DNA of 64,000 nt from a virus: the IMG/VR virus record IMGVR_UViG_3300037189_015081, positions 1 to 64,000 of that record. One strand, 5' to 3'. Of the stretch, positions 9,764 through 19,036 are shown one piece after another. A program made the translations under genes and the position numbers. Numbering within the stretch: position 1 is the first letter of the stretch; each line of letters starts with the position of its first letter. The notes below the pieces were generated by a model. The model was not told the origin of the DNA. It saw only the letters and a list, made by a program, of their open reading frames with translations, and searched no databases.

Positions 9764-10243
9764 ATGGCAATCGAGCGTCCTTCATGGGACACGGTGTGGA
9801 TGGACGTCGCGGAAACCGTGGCGCTCCGTTCGCGCTGCTCCCGTGCGCAGGTCGGGGCGGTTATCGTTTCACGCGAACAGCGCATTAGCGCGACGGGTTA
9901 CAACGGTCCCGCGGCAAACTGGCCCGAGCCGGGTGACTGTATTGACTGGTGCCCGCGTGCTCAAGGTAAGACGGCACTTGACAACACATATGACGCGTGC
10001 CCTGCGATTCACGCTGAGGCAAACGCGCTTCTGTACGTCGACCGTTCGCATGTTGAAGGCGGGACGATCTATGTCACCGGTGCGTGCTGCATGCAGTGCG
10101 CAAAACTGATCTCTAATTCTGGTATCGCAAAGGTTGTCATGAAGGTGCGCGACATTGATCTGCACCGTAAGCCAGAAATGGTCGTAGACTACCTTGTTAA
10201 GTGCGGGATCGATGTAACTTCTATCGGAGGAAACCCGCAATGA
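9764..10243 (+). CDS. dCMP deaminase
   Basis: RSRCSRAQVGAVIV, TGYNG, HAEANA and CxxC zinc motifs. Confidence 0.9.
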   Translation: MAIERPSWDTVWMDVAETVALRSRCSRAQVGAVIVSREQRISATGYNGPAANWPEPGDCIDWCPRAQGKTALDNTYDACPAIHAEANALLYVDRSHVEGGTIYVTGACCMQCAKLISNSGIAKVVMKVRDIDLHRKPEMVVDYLVKCGIDVTSIGGNPQ

Positions 10244-12063
10244 CAACAGGACCAATGACAGATGTCGAGCTAACGCTCGTCGACTCGACAGAGAAGGCGC
10301 AAGAGTTTCTGGCGTGGCTCAGCGAGCGTCGTCCATACAACGCGCTGGGAATCGACATCGAAACCGGTGAGAAGCCTGGTAACAATAAGAAGGACGCTTT
10401 CTCGCCATGGCATGGCGACATTCGTCTCGTCCAGGTTGGTGACTCTATGCACGGCTGGGCCATTCCCTGGGAGGAATGGGCTGGCGTGTTCTACGAGGCA
10501 ATGGAGAAGTTTGACGGCCCGATCGTCTGTCACAATATCGCCTTTGAAGCTCGCTGGTTTGACGTAAAGTCTCGCTGGAAGATGCCGTGGGAGCGCGCAC
10601 ATGACACGATGATCATGGCGCACATCATCGACCCGCTTGGTTCCGGTGCACTCAAGCAACTCGCCGCCCTACACGTCGACGGTCGCGCGGTCGCGCTGCA
10701 AAGCACGCTTGACCAGGAGTTCGCAAAGAACGGCTGGACGTGGGGAACGGTTCCTATTACCTATCAGCCATACTGGGCGTATGGCGCGCTCGACACGGTT
10801 TTAACCATGCGCCTGTGGGAACAGTTCTGGGAAAAGTGCGGACCAAACGGGCCGTATAGCCGACCATACGAATTGGAAATGGCTACGCGCAAGATCGTTA
10901 CGCGCATGGAGCTCAATGGTGCGCGTATCGACCTGGACTACTCGCGTAAGAAGTTTGATCAACTCACCGAGTACGCGGAGTCCGTAAAAGTCTGGGCTGC
11001 ACAAAACTACAATGGTGCGTCGATCACGAGTAACATTCAGCTTGTGCGGCTGTTCCAGGACCTTGGCGCAGAGATCACGTCCTTTACCCCGAGCGGTCAA
11101 CCATCAGCCGACAAGGACCAGCTTAAGTATCTTGCCGCTGAAGGTAATGACGCGGTGCGCCAACTTGCCGAGGTCGTGTTGAAGCAGCGCAAGGCAGACA
11201 AGCTAGCCAACACATACTTCAAGAACTTCCTTGAGGACAACATCGGCGGGTTTGTTCACCCGTCCGTCAAGACGCTTGGCGCACGTACGTCGCGTATGTC
11301 TATTACCGCGCCCGCGCTACAGACACTGCCTAAGGGTGACGACGTTGTGCGCCGTGCGTTCCTGCCTAAGGACGAGGATCACGTCATTATCACGTCCGAC
11401 CTCGACCAGGTCGAGTTCCGCATGTTTGCGTCACTGTCTAATGACCCTAACCTGATCAGTCTGTTCCACAAGGCGGACGCGACTGGTTCTGATCCGTTCA
11501 CGGAGATCGGTCGCGAGATCTATCAAGACCCGACGATGCAGAAATCGGACAAGCGTCGTAATCTCATCAAGGGAACAGTTTATGGTCGCCTGTACGGTGC
11601 TGGAGTTTCCAAGCAGGCAATCACTGCTGGCGTGGCAAAGAGCCAGATGCAGGCGGTTTCCGACGCGTTTGACACACGCTACCCGGGAATGGCCATGTTC
11701 CAGAAGCAGATTGAAGATACTGGGATGCGTCGTTTGCGCTCTGAAGGACAGGGCTACGTGAACACGTGGACTGGTCGTCGACTCCCATGTGACGAGGATC
11801 GCGTATACACGCTGGTGAACTATCTCATTCAGGGTGGTGCTGCCGAGGTTTTCAAGTCTAATCTTGTGAAGCTTGACCAGGCTGATCTGACTGAGCTGCT
11901 TATCGTTCCAGTGCACGACGAAATCGTGCTAAACGCTCCGCGTAAGGACGCACAGGAGATTATGAACATAGTGCAGCAGTGCATGACAACAAGCGAGGGT
12001 TGGCAGGTACCACTTACTTCTGGTATCGACGGTCCTCTTGAAACGTGGGGAGACAAGTACTAA
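10240..12063 (+). CDS. polA: DNA polymerase family A with 3'-5' exonuclease
   Basis: Exo DIET, HN..FE, Y...D; motif A DLDQVEFR, motif B K...YG.LYG, motif C VHDE. ATGA overlap with the upstream gene. Confidence 0.95.
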   Translation: MTTGPMTDVELTLVDSTEKAQEFLAWLSERRPYNALGIDIETGEKPGNNKKDAFSPWHGDIRLVQVGDSMHGWAIPWEEWAGVFYEAMEKFDGPIVCHNIAFEARWFDVKSRWKMPWERAHDTMIMAHIIDPLGSGALKQLAALHVDGRAVALQSTLDQEFAKNGWTWGTVPITYQPYWAYGALDTVLTMRLWEQFWEKCGPNGPYSRPYELEMATRKIVTRMELNGARIDLDYSRKKFDQLTEYAESVKVWAAQNYNGASITSNIQLVRLFQDLGAEITSFTPSGQPSADKDQLKYLAAEGNDAVRQLAEVVLKQRKADKLANTYFKNFLEDNIGGFVHPSVKTLGARTSRMSITAPALQTLPKGDDVVRRAFLPKDEDHVIITSDLDQVEFRMFASLSNDPNLISLFHKADATGSDPFTEIGREIYQDPTMQKSDKRRNLIKGTVYGRLYGAGVSKQAITAGVAKSQMQAVSDAFDTRYPGMAMFQKQIEDTGMRRLRSEGQGYVNTWTGRRLPCDEDRVYTLVNYLIQGGAAEVFKSNLVKLDQADLTELLIVPVHDEIVLNAPRKDAQEIMNIVQQCMTTSEGWQVPLTSGIDGPLETWGDKY

Positions 12064-12518
12064 TGCGCGCAATCCTAGCAGTGGATCCAGGTAAGGCAAC
12101 TGGAATGGCGTTGTTCACCAAGCAGCCAAATGAGGAACCTGTTCTCGTATGGTCGATCGAGGTGCAACAGCACGAGTACGCTCAGCCGATTAGGCAGACG
12201 CTTGCGCAGTACCCAGACGCCGAGGTCGTGTGCGAACGGTTTACCATCAACGCGCAGACCGTCAAGAACTCACAGGCACCGTTCTCTCTTGAGCAGATCG
12301 GTATCCTTAAGCAGTGTCTCCTCGATGTCGGGCGTTCAGCTGATGACGTGTATTTCCAGTCACCGGCTGACGCCAAGGCGATGTTTCCTAACCCGGCGTT
12401 GAAAAAACTTGACTACTGGCATAAGGGCGGAGAAGGACACGCCATGGACGCAATCAGGCATGGCATGTTGCGTTTTGTAAAAACGGGATGGAAGCCTGTC
12501 CGCCTGCTTCAAGAATAA
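12063..12518 (+). CDS. RuvC-like Holliday junction resolvase / RNase H-fold nuclease
   Basis: ILAVDPGKATG, VVCE and HAMDA motifs; TAATG overlap. Confidence 0.75.
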   Translation: MRAILAVDPGKATGMALFTKQPNEEPVLVWSIEVQQHEYAQPIRQTLAQYPDAEVVCERFTINAQTVKNSQAPFSLEQIGILKQCLLDVGRSADDVYFQSPADAKAMFPNPALKKLDYWHKGGEGHAMDAIRHGMLRFVKTGWKPVRLLQE

Positions 12519-12595
12519 AAACAGGTACTAAGCAGAAAAAGTGATTTATTCTGCAAAAAACCTGATAGTATTAGAAACATAAAGACGAAAGGACG

Positions 12596-14407
12596 GTGTT
12601 CATGCACGCAAACGTAGAACTCGACGACACGGGTAAGAGCATCATTATTGACACCGACTGGCGGTTCAAGGAGCTCTGCAAGAGTCTCCCCGGTGCCAAG
12701 TGGGATCCTAAAACGCAGCAATGGCGTGTACCCACGTCGTGGGCGACATGCCTCGCCTTGCGCTCAACGTTCCGCGAAGATCTCACCATTGGACCTGGAC
12801 TTGCCGCTTGGGCGGCCAATGAGCGCGCAACGCGTGTCGACCCGGCCAATGCGTTTCGTGGTCTTGAGACGGCCGAGGACGCCTCTAATGAGGACCTGTT
12901 CCCGCACCAACGCGCCGGGGTCCAGTTTCTGCACACCGCGCGACGTGCCCTGCTCGCTGATGAGCCCGGTCTCGGTAAAACCGCGCAGGCAATCCGTTCA
13001 TTGAAGAAGTTCGCCGACAATGATGAGACGCCGTTCCCCGCGCTTATTGTTTGTCCAAACACGCTTAAGAAAAACTGGGCACGTGAGTTCGGTCGCTGGT
13101 GGCCAGAAGCAAAGGTAACCGTTATCAAGGGTTCAGCTGCTCAACGACGCCTTCAATTCGAGGATGGCGCCGATGTCTATGTGATCAACTGGGAATCGCT
13201 GCGTTCGCACTCGCGCTTGGCGCCGTACGGCTCAGTTGCTCTTGCTCGCTGCGTATCCTGCGGCGGTCATGACGAGAAGATCACGGAAAACCGTTGCGAG
13301 GTTCACCTGCGCGAACTAAACAGTATTCAATTCAAGGCCGTCGTTGCCGATGAGATTCACCGTTCAAAGGATCCAAAAAGCAAGCAGTCACGCGCGCTGT
13401 GGGCTGCAACCGGTGACGCGGATATTCGCTTTGCCTTAACTGGTACACCAATCGCAAATAACGTCATCGACCTGTGGGCAATCATGCACTGGTTGTCACC
13501 GGAAGAGTGGCCAAGTAAGACGCGCTGGATTGACCGCACGGTCGACACGATGATGAACGCTTTTGGTGGAATGCTTGTCCTGGGTATCAAGCCAGCCATG
13601 CAATCCGAGTTTGACGCGACAATCAACCCGCGTATGCGGCGCATGCTCAAAAAGGTCGTGCTGCCCTGGCTACCAGACATGATGTTCGAGCGTCGCGACG
13701 TTGAGATGTCGACAAAGCAGGCAAAGGCGTATAAGCAGATGCGCGATCTAATGATTGCCGAGCTCGACGGAAGCGACGCGCTAACCGCGCCTAGCGCGCT
13801 GACGCAGACAACGCGTCTACTGCAATTTGCGAGCGCGTACGCTGAGATCACGCTCGACGAGTCAACGGGTGAGCAACAGGTAAAGCTTACGGCGCCATCG
13901 TGCAAGGTTGACGCGCTCATGGACGACATAAAGAACGGCGACTTTGGTGACGACTCAGTCGCCGTGTGCGCAGTTTCACGTCAGCTCATCGAGATCCTGA
14001 GCGCCGAGCTGACAAAGGCTAAGATTCCGCACGGGTTGATCACCGGTGCGCAAACGGAGGACGAGCGCCAACAGGCCGTTGACGACTTCCAGTCCGGTAA
14101 GACAAAGTGGGTATTGTTCACCGCGCAGGCTGGTGGTGTTGGTATCACACTGACTGCGGCACGACGACTCGTCATGCTGCAGCGCCCGTGGTCACTTGTT
14201 GACCACAAACAGGCACTTGATCGCGTGCACCGTATCGGCTCAGAAATCCACGAGTCCATCATCGTGACAGACTATGTTACCGAGGGAACAATCGAGGAGC
14301 GCGTCATCCAGGTTCTAGAAACCAAGGCTGACAACTTTGAGCAGATCGTACGCGACCGCGATCAGTTGCTTGCACTACTAAAAGACGACAAGGCAGGTAA
14401 GCTCTAA
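12596..14407 (+). CDS. SNF2-family helicase
   Basis: LADEPGLGKT, DEIH, LTGTP..N, GVGITL, QALDRVHRIG. Confidence 0.92.
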   Translation: MFMHANVELDDTGKSIIIDTDWRFKELCKSLPGAKWDPKTQQWRVPTSWATCLALRSTFREDLTIGPGLAAWAANERATRVDPANAFRGLETAEDASNEDLFPHQRAGVQFLHTARRALLADEPGLGKTAQAIRSLKKFADNDETPFPALIVCPNTLKKNWAREFGRWWPEAKVTVIKGSAAQRRLQFEDGADVYVINWESLRSHSRLAPYGSVALARCVSCGGHDEKITENRCEVHLRELNSIQFKAVVADEIHRSKDPKSKQSRALWAATGDADIRFALTGTPIANNVIDLWAIMHWLSPEEWPSKTRWIDRTVDTMMNAFGGMLVLGIKPAMQSEFDATINPRMRRMLKKVVLPWLPDMMFERRDVEMSTKQAKAYKQMRDLMIAELDGSDALTAPSALTQTTRLLQFASAYAEITLDESTGEQQVKLTAPSCKVDALMDDIKNGDFGDDSVAVCAVSRQLIEILSAELTKAKIPHGLITGAQTEDERQQAVDDFQSGKTKWVLFTAQAGGVGITLTAARRLVMLQRPWSLVDHKQALDRVHRIGSEIHESIIVTDYVTEGTIEERVIQVLETKADNFEQIVRDRDQLLALLKDDKAGKL

Positions 14408-15348
14408 TGGCAACCGAATACCCTATCCGCGTATCAAACTCGGAGCTACAAACATTCAAGGACTGTCGTCGACGCTGGTGGTTGAACTACTACCGTCGTT
14501 TGCGACCACTGCAGGAAAATAAGACCGGTGCACTTGCGCTCGGCTCGCGCGTGCACAATGCGCTTGACATGTACTATTCGCAGGGCGTACCTCTTCTTGA
14601 AGCGCACAAACACTTCCTTGACATTGACCGTGCTAATCTTGAGGCGGCGTTCCAGGACACGTCCGATCTCGACACCGAGGGAGAACTCGGGCGTATCATG
14701 CTTGAAGGATACCTTGAATGGGTCGAGGAAAACGGTATTGACGCTGAACTAGAGATGATCTCCACCGAGGAGATTATCGAGATGCCGCTACTCGACGGCA
14801 AGGTTATCCTTCAAGGCAAGATCGACATGCGCGTTCGCCGGAAGGCAGACGGCGTTCGAATGTTCCGCGACTTCAAGACCGTTGGTGGTTCATTCACGGA
14901 CTTTACCGCCCTGGCCCACATGAACGAGCAGATCCTTACCTATATGATGCTCGAGGCTGCACAGAACAAGGACGGCGAGCGCTCAGAGGGTGGTATCTTT
15001 ACCATGCTCAAGAAGGTGAAGAGATCCGCTAATGCCCGTCCGCCTTTCTATGAGCAGATGGAAGTTCGTCATAACATTTTCGCGCTACGCAACTTTTGGC
15101 AGCGTATTCACGGTACAATTACTGACCTGGTAAACGTCCGTGACGCGCTTGATGAAGGAGCTAATCACCAGTTTGTAGTCTATCCGCGTCCGTCGCGTGA
15201 CTGCAAATGGAAATGTCCATTCTTTGCTGTTTGTCCTTTGCTCGACGACGGTTCCGCCGGTGAGCAGGCGATCAGCGAGTCGTATCGGGTCGCCGATCCG
15301 TACGGGTACTACAACAACAACACCGAAGAGAAGGGAAGTGAGATTTAA
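14407..15348 (+). CDS. Cas4/RecB-like PD-(D/E)XK exonuclease
   Basis: N-terminal Cys, GS.VH, GKID, DFKT and C-terminal CxxCxxxxxC. Confidence 0.85.
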   Translation: MATEYPIRVSNSELQTFKDCRRRWWLNYYRRLRPLQENKTGALALGSRVHNALDMYYSQGVPLLEAHKHFLDIDRANLEAAFQDTSDLDTEGELGRIMLEGYLEWVEENGIDAELEMISTEEIIEMPLLDGKVILQGKIDMRVRRKADGVRMFRDFKTVGGSFTDFTALAHMNEQILTYMMLEAAQNKDGERSEGGIFTMLKKVKRSANARPPFYEQMEVRHNIFALRNFWQRIHGTITDLVNVRDALDEGANHQFVVYPRPSRDCKWKCPFFAVCPLLDDGSAGEQAISESYRVADPYGYYNNNTEEKGSEI

Positions 15349-15350
15349 CT

Positions 15351-16100
15351 ATGGCAAACCAAGTTCAACGATCACTCACCATCATGGTGTACGGAGAGTC
15401 GAAGGTCGGTAAGTCGACATTCGCAGTAACCGCACCATATCCCCGTCTCATGCTCGACGTGGAAGGCGGTCACCGCTTCCTTCCAATCAACGTCAAGTAC
15501 TGGGATCCACTTCGTGAGGAGCCGCCGCAGGCGGATGGCACATGGGACACAGTTGTCGTCAACGTTCGTGATTACGAAGTTGTCGTCAAGGCGTTCCAGT
15601 GGCTTCAGAGCGGTAAGCACCAGTTCAAGTCCTTGATCATTGACTCCATCTCGGAGCTCCAGGTTAAGTGCATGGACAGCATCGCCGGTAGCGAGCAAAT
15701 GAAGATGCAGCAGTGGGGCGAACTTCTTCGCCACATGGGTGCGCTTCTTCGCGATCTTCGCGATCTCACGATGCACCCGACACAGCCGTTGGAGGCGGTT
15801 GTCCTTACCGCAATGGCTCGACCTGGACAGGACGGTCGCATGCGTCCGTACCTTCAGGGACAGCTCGCGATTCAGGCACCGTACTTCTACGACATTCTTG
15901 GCGCCATCAACGTCGAGACCGTACCAAACCAGGACCCGATGCAGCCGCCTCACAAGGTGCGCCGCATGTATGTCGAACGCACTGATGACTATGAAGCAGG
16001 CGAGCGCGTGCAGGGACGTCTTGGTAAAATCGTTGAGCAGCAGGACCTCGGGGTTGAACGCATGCTCGACATGATCTTTGGTCCCAAGGCCGAAGGTTAG
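15351..16100 (+). CDS. AAA ATPase (Sak4/AAA_24-like recombination protein)
   Basis: YGESKVGKST, LDVEGG, IIDSISE; lies between the exonuclease and SSB genes. Confidence 0.8.
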   Translation: MANQVQRSLTIMVYGESKVGKSTFAVTAPYPRLMLDVEGGHRFLPINVKYWDPLREEPPQADGTWDTVVVNVRDYEVVVKAFQWLQSGKHQFKSLIIDSISELQVKCMDSIAGSEQMKMQQWGELLRHMGALLRDLRDLTMHPTQPLEAVVLTAMARPGQDGRMRPYLQGQLAIQAPYFYDILGAINVETVPNQDPMQPPHKVRRMYVERTDDYEAGERVQGRLGKIVEQQDLGVERMLDMIFGPKAEG

Positions 16101-16155
16101 CAACACAACATCCCGACCAAGGTGGTCGGAGCGATGAAAAATAAGGAGAAATACC

Positions 16156-16722
16156 ATGAGCTCACTCAACTGGGGTGACCTTGTAAAGGACGCAGGAGAC
16201 GTAGGAAGCTACGAACCTCTGCCCGATGGTGACTACGACCTCGTAGTTGTCGAGGCAACCGCCAAGACTGCACAGTCTGGCAAGACCATGTTCGCTATCA
16301 AGGCGCAGGTGCAGAACGGACCACACGCGAAGCGTCTGGTTTGGGACAACCTCGTTGTAACACCCGACAGCCCTGGTGCTCTCGGAATGTTCTTCCGCAA
16401 GATGGCCGGTCTCGGTCTGAACCGCGAGTTCTTCTCGCAGAACCCGTCAAACGCACAGATCGAGGCTGCTCTCCAGCAGCGTCCATTCCGTGCCCAGATC
16501 GGTTCGCGCGTCTGGAACGGCTCGAAGAAGAACGAGATCAAGATGTACTACGTCGCTAACGCGGCTACCGCATCTGCGGCGCCTGTCGCTGCTGCTCCGG
16601 CACCGGCGCCTGCGCCAGCTCCGGCACCAGCTCCAGCAGCGCCGATCGCTGAGGCTCCTGCTGCAGCGGCGCCTGCGCCAGCTCCGGCACCAGCTCCAGC
16701 TGCGCCTGCTGAACCGTTCTAA
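16156..16722 (+). CDS. ssDNA-binding protein (DUF669-like) with Pro/Ala tail
   Basis: YEPLPDGDY motif, OB-like core, (AP)n linker ending in PF. Confidence 0.75.
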   Translation: MSSLNWGDLVKDAGDVGSYEPLPDGDYDLVVVEATAKTAQSGKTMFAIKAQVQNGPHAKRLVWDNLVVTPDSPGALGMFFRKMAGLGLNREFFSQNPSNAQIEAALQQRPFRAQIGSRVWNGSKKNEIKMYYVANAATASAAPVAAAPAPAPAPAPAPAPAAPIAEAPAAAAPAPAPAPAPAAPAEPF

Positions 16723-16738
16723 TCTAGAGCGCTCAATC

Positions 16739-16776
16739 GGGTCGCCGTCCGTAGCCATCGCTGCGGGCGGCGATCC
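16739..16776 (+). terminator. 17-bp hairpin after ssb (terminator/attenuator, no U tract)
   Basis: GGGTCGCCGTCCGTAGC-CATC-GCTGCGGGCGGCGATCC with G-U pairs. Confidence 0.55.
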
Positions 16777-16796
16777 AGCACCTGAATAGGAAACAC

Positions 16797-18008
16797 ATGA
16801 AAATCCTTATGACCGGATTCACGGCTCTTCAAATCAACAGCGAGAAGCGCGTGATCCAGAAAATTGACGTCCCAGCGTTTATCGCCAAGGCCCTTACAGA
16901 ACTAGGGCACGACGTGGACTGGCGTCGCGTGGAAACTGGCGAGGATCTCTCTGGTTACGATCTTGCCTGGGTAAACCTTGCACCACTGCACTCATTGAAC
17001 GGTCGCCAAGGCGCGATGGGTTCACTCTATACTTTGTCGTCAGGTATTCCGTGCGTCGGATTCTTTGACGACTGGCAGTTCAGCGCCGTGTTCAATGGCG
17101 CAAAGGCTCTTGTCCGTAAACCAAGTATTCTCTACAAGCACCTGCTCGTAGGAACCGAACATCGCGGCGAAGAAGGCGCGACGTACTTTAGTCGCAAGGA
17201 CATCGAGGAAGCTGTTGCGCGCATCGCGGAAAAGGATCCTGTAGCCGCGAAGAAGTGCACCATTGAGCGTTACTACATGCTCGACACTGACGAGAAGATC
17301 GAACCGTACGAGAAGCAACTCGTGCAGGCCGCTGAAGACTTCCTGAGTGACCGTTGGGCAGCAGGCATGGTTCCAGTTTGCCCGATGTACTCGTTCGGTG
17401 ATCGCGCTGGCGTGCGCAAACGCATGCCGAAAGGTGTTGGCCCGATCGAGGCGCTTGATCCGTCCGCTGTCGTCAACGACACGCTTAACGCGGTAACGCC
17501 TGCCAAGCCTGAAGAAAAGGCACGAGGATGGGTACTAGGTGCGCTCATGCCGCATGATACCTGGCTTGAAAAGAAGAATCCGGCATGGCCAGTTGAAATT
17601 GTCGGTAGTCGCAAGCTTATTCGCAAGATGGGCGGTCAGCGCTTCGGCACCGAGCAAGAGGTTCTTGAGTTCTACAATAAGTACTGGGGAATCATGTCCC
17701 CGCCGTACATGCATGCGGGTTCAGGCTGGTGGCGCTCGCGTTTTATCTATGCCGCGCATATCGGGTCTGTTCTCATCACTGACAAGGGTGAAGGCGATCC
17801 ACTAGGTGACCCGTACAGGCTCACCATCAGCGACGTAGAGGCAATGGACCAGGCGCAACTGGCTGCCGCTGCGCAAGCACAACGCGATGCACTGATGCCA
17901 CTTCTTGGAACATACGATCAGTTCAAGGCACATGTTGAACGAATCGTCGACCGTGCCATCGCCGAGGACAAGGGTCTTAAACTGAACGCGGACGGTTCAC
18001 GCGCATGA
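16797..18008 (+). CDS. GT-B glycosyltransferase, T4 beta-glucosyltransferase-like (putative DNA base GT)
   Basis: MKILMTG...KALTELGHDVD...DLSGYDLAWVN...GFFDDW parallels the T4 BGT N-domain; C-terminal GWWRSR. Confidence 0.6.
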   Translation: MKILMTGFTALQINSEKRVIQKIDVPAFIAKALTELGHDVDWRRVETGEDLSGYDLAWVNLAPLHSLNGRQGAMGSLYTLSSGIPCVGFFDDWQFSAVFNGAKALVRKPSILYKHLLVGTEHRGEEGATYFSRKDIEEAVARIAEKDPVAAKKCTIERYYMLDTDEKIEPYEKQLVQAAEDFLSDRWAAGMVPVCPMYSFGDRAGVRKRMPKGVGPIEALDPSAVVNDTLNAVTPAKPEEKARGWVLGALMPHDTWLEKKNPAWPVEIVGSRKLIRKMGGQRFGTEQEVLEFYNKYWGIMSPPYMHAGSGWWRSRFIYAAHIGSVLITDKGEGDPLGDPYRLTISDVEAMDQAQLAAAAQAQRDALMPLLGTYDQFKAHVERIVDRAIAEDKGLKLNADGSRA

Positions 18009-19036
18009 GTAACGTACTTATTACCGGCATGACCGCGTCCCACACATCCGAGGCAACCAATCAGCGCGCACTATCATTCGCTGGCGTAGTTGCCAAGGCG
18101 CTAGCGAGTACTGGTCACACGGTGACAATAAGCGCGCCCGACATGCGGTGGACGCTTGATGAACTAGCCCGCTACGACTCTGTCATCGTCGGGATCGCGC
18201 CTCTCACGAGTGTCACCGCGAGTAACGCGTATGGCGGGTTGCACGTCATTGACCTGCTATGGACGGATCCACGGCTAACGCTTATGGTTGACGCGCCACG
18301 CCCAGTGCAGATTGGCGCCAGCCTGCGCTCGATTATCGGAACACCGGATAACCTTGTAAAACCGTTTTACTCTAAGCGACGCGGATACAGTGTCGCGGCG
18401 GAGAAGGAGACATCCGCGCGTCTTCTTGAAACAACGCGCAGACTGCTAGAGGAGGAGTGGCCAGCAACTATCTACCCGTCGCTGCCGTGGCACGACGCGG
18501 AAGCTATGCGGGCTCAGTTCCCAGACGGAACCAAGACTCTCTACGGCGTAAATCTTGACGCCTTTCTTGTCTCCGGTGAACCTCCTCGATGGGATAAGAC
18601 AACCGCCAGTTGCTGGGTTGCTGACGATCCTAAAGCCGCGTGGATCCAGAAGATCGTTCCAACAATCGGAGACGAGGTTGCCCCGATGAAGAACGACTCG
18701 TGGCAAAGTGACGATGACGTAGACAAGCGGATTGGCGAGTCACGTGGATCACTTATCACATCCCACCGGGAAGGAACCTGGTGGACGTACCGTATCATCC
18801 AGTCACTAAACAATGGCACGCCGGTTGCGACTGATTGGCGTGAGGCAAGTATCATTGGTTCTTCGTGGGGAATTCTTCCATCCGCAATAGAATCATTGTA
18901 TGGCCGCGACATCGAGAACCTTGCATGGAATCAATTAGATGAGTACATGCAGCACATCCCGTCACGTGACGAGGCTGGCAAGGCGCTAAAAACAATCATC
19001 GGAAGCGACAGTTCAAAACGAAAGGCAAGTAAATGA
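18005..19036 (+). CDS. Second BGT-like glycosyltransferase paralog
   Basis: NVLITGMTA...AKAL...GH.V...L..YD..V.IAPL.S aligns with the upstream gene; TWWTYR...GTPV.TD. Confidence 0.55.
   Translation: MSNVLITGMTASHTSEATNQRALSFAGVVAKALASTGHTVTISAPDMRWTLDELARYDSVIVGIAPLTSVTASNAYGGLHVIDLLWTDPRLTLMVDAPRPVQIGASLRSIIGTPDNLVKPFYSKRRGYSVAAEKETSARLLETTRRLLEEEWPATIYPSLPWHDAEAMRAQFPDGTKTLYGVNLDAFLVSGEPPRWDKTTASCWVADDPKAAWIQKIVPTIGDEVAPMKNDSWQSDDDVDKRIGESRGSLITSHREGTWWTYRIIQSLNNGTPVATDWREASIIGSSWGILPSAIESLYGRDIENLAWNQLDEYMQHIPSRDEAGKALKTIIGSDSSKRKASK

Noticed and set aside
14407-15348. Cas4 as evidence of a CRISPR system
   Set aside because: It sits in the standard phage exonuclease-ATPase-SSB recombination module.
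16560-16715. DNA repeat in the 3' end of ssb
   Set aside because: It is explained by a duplicated Pro/Ala low-complexity linker in the protein.
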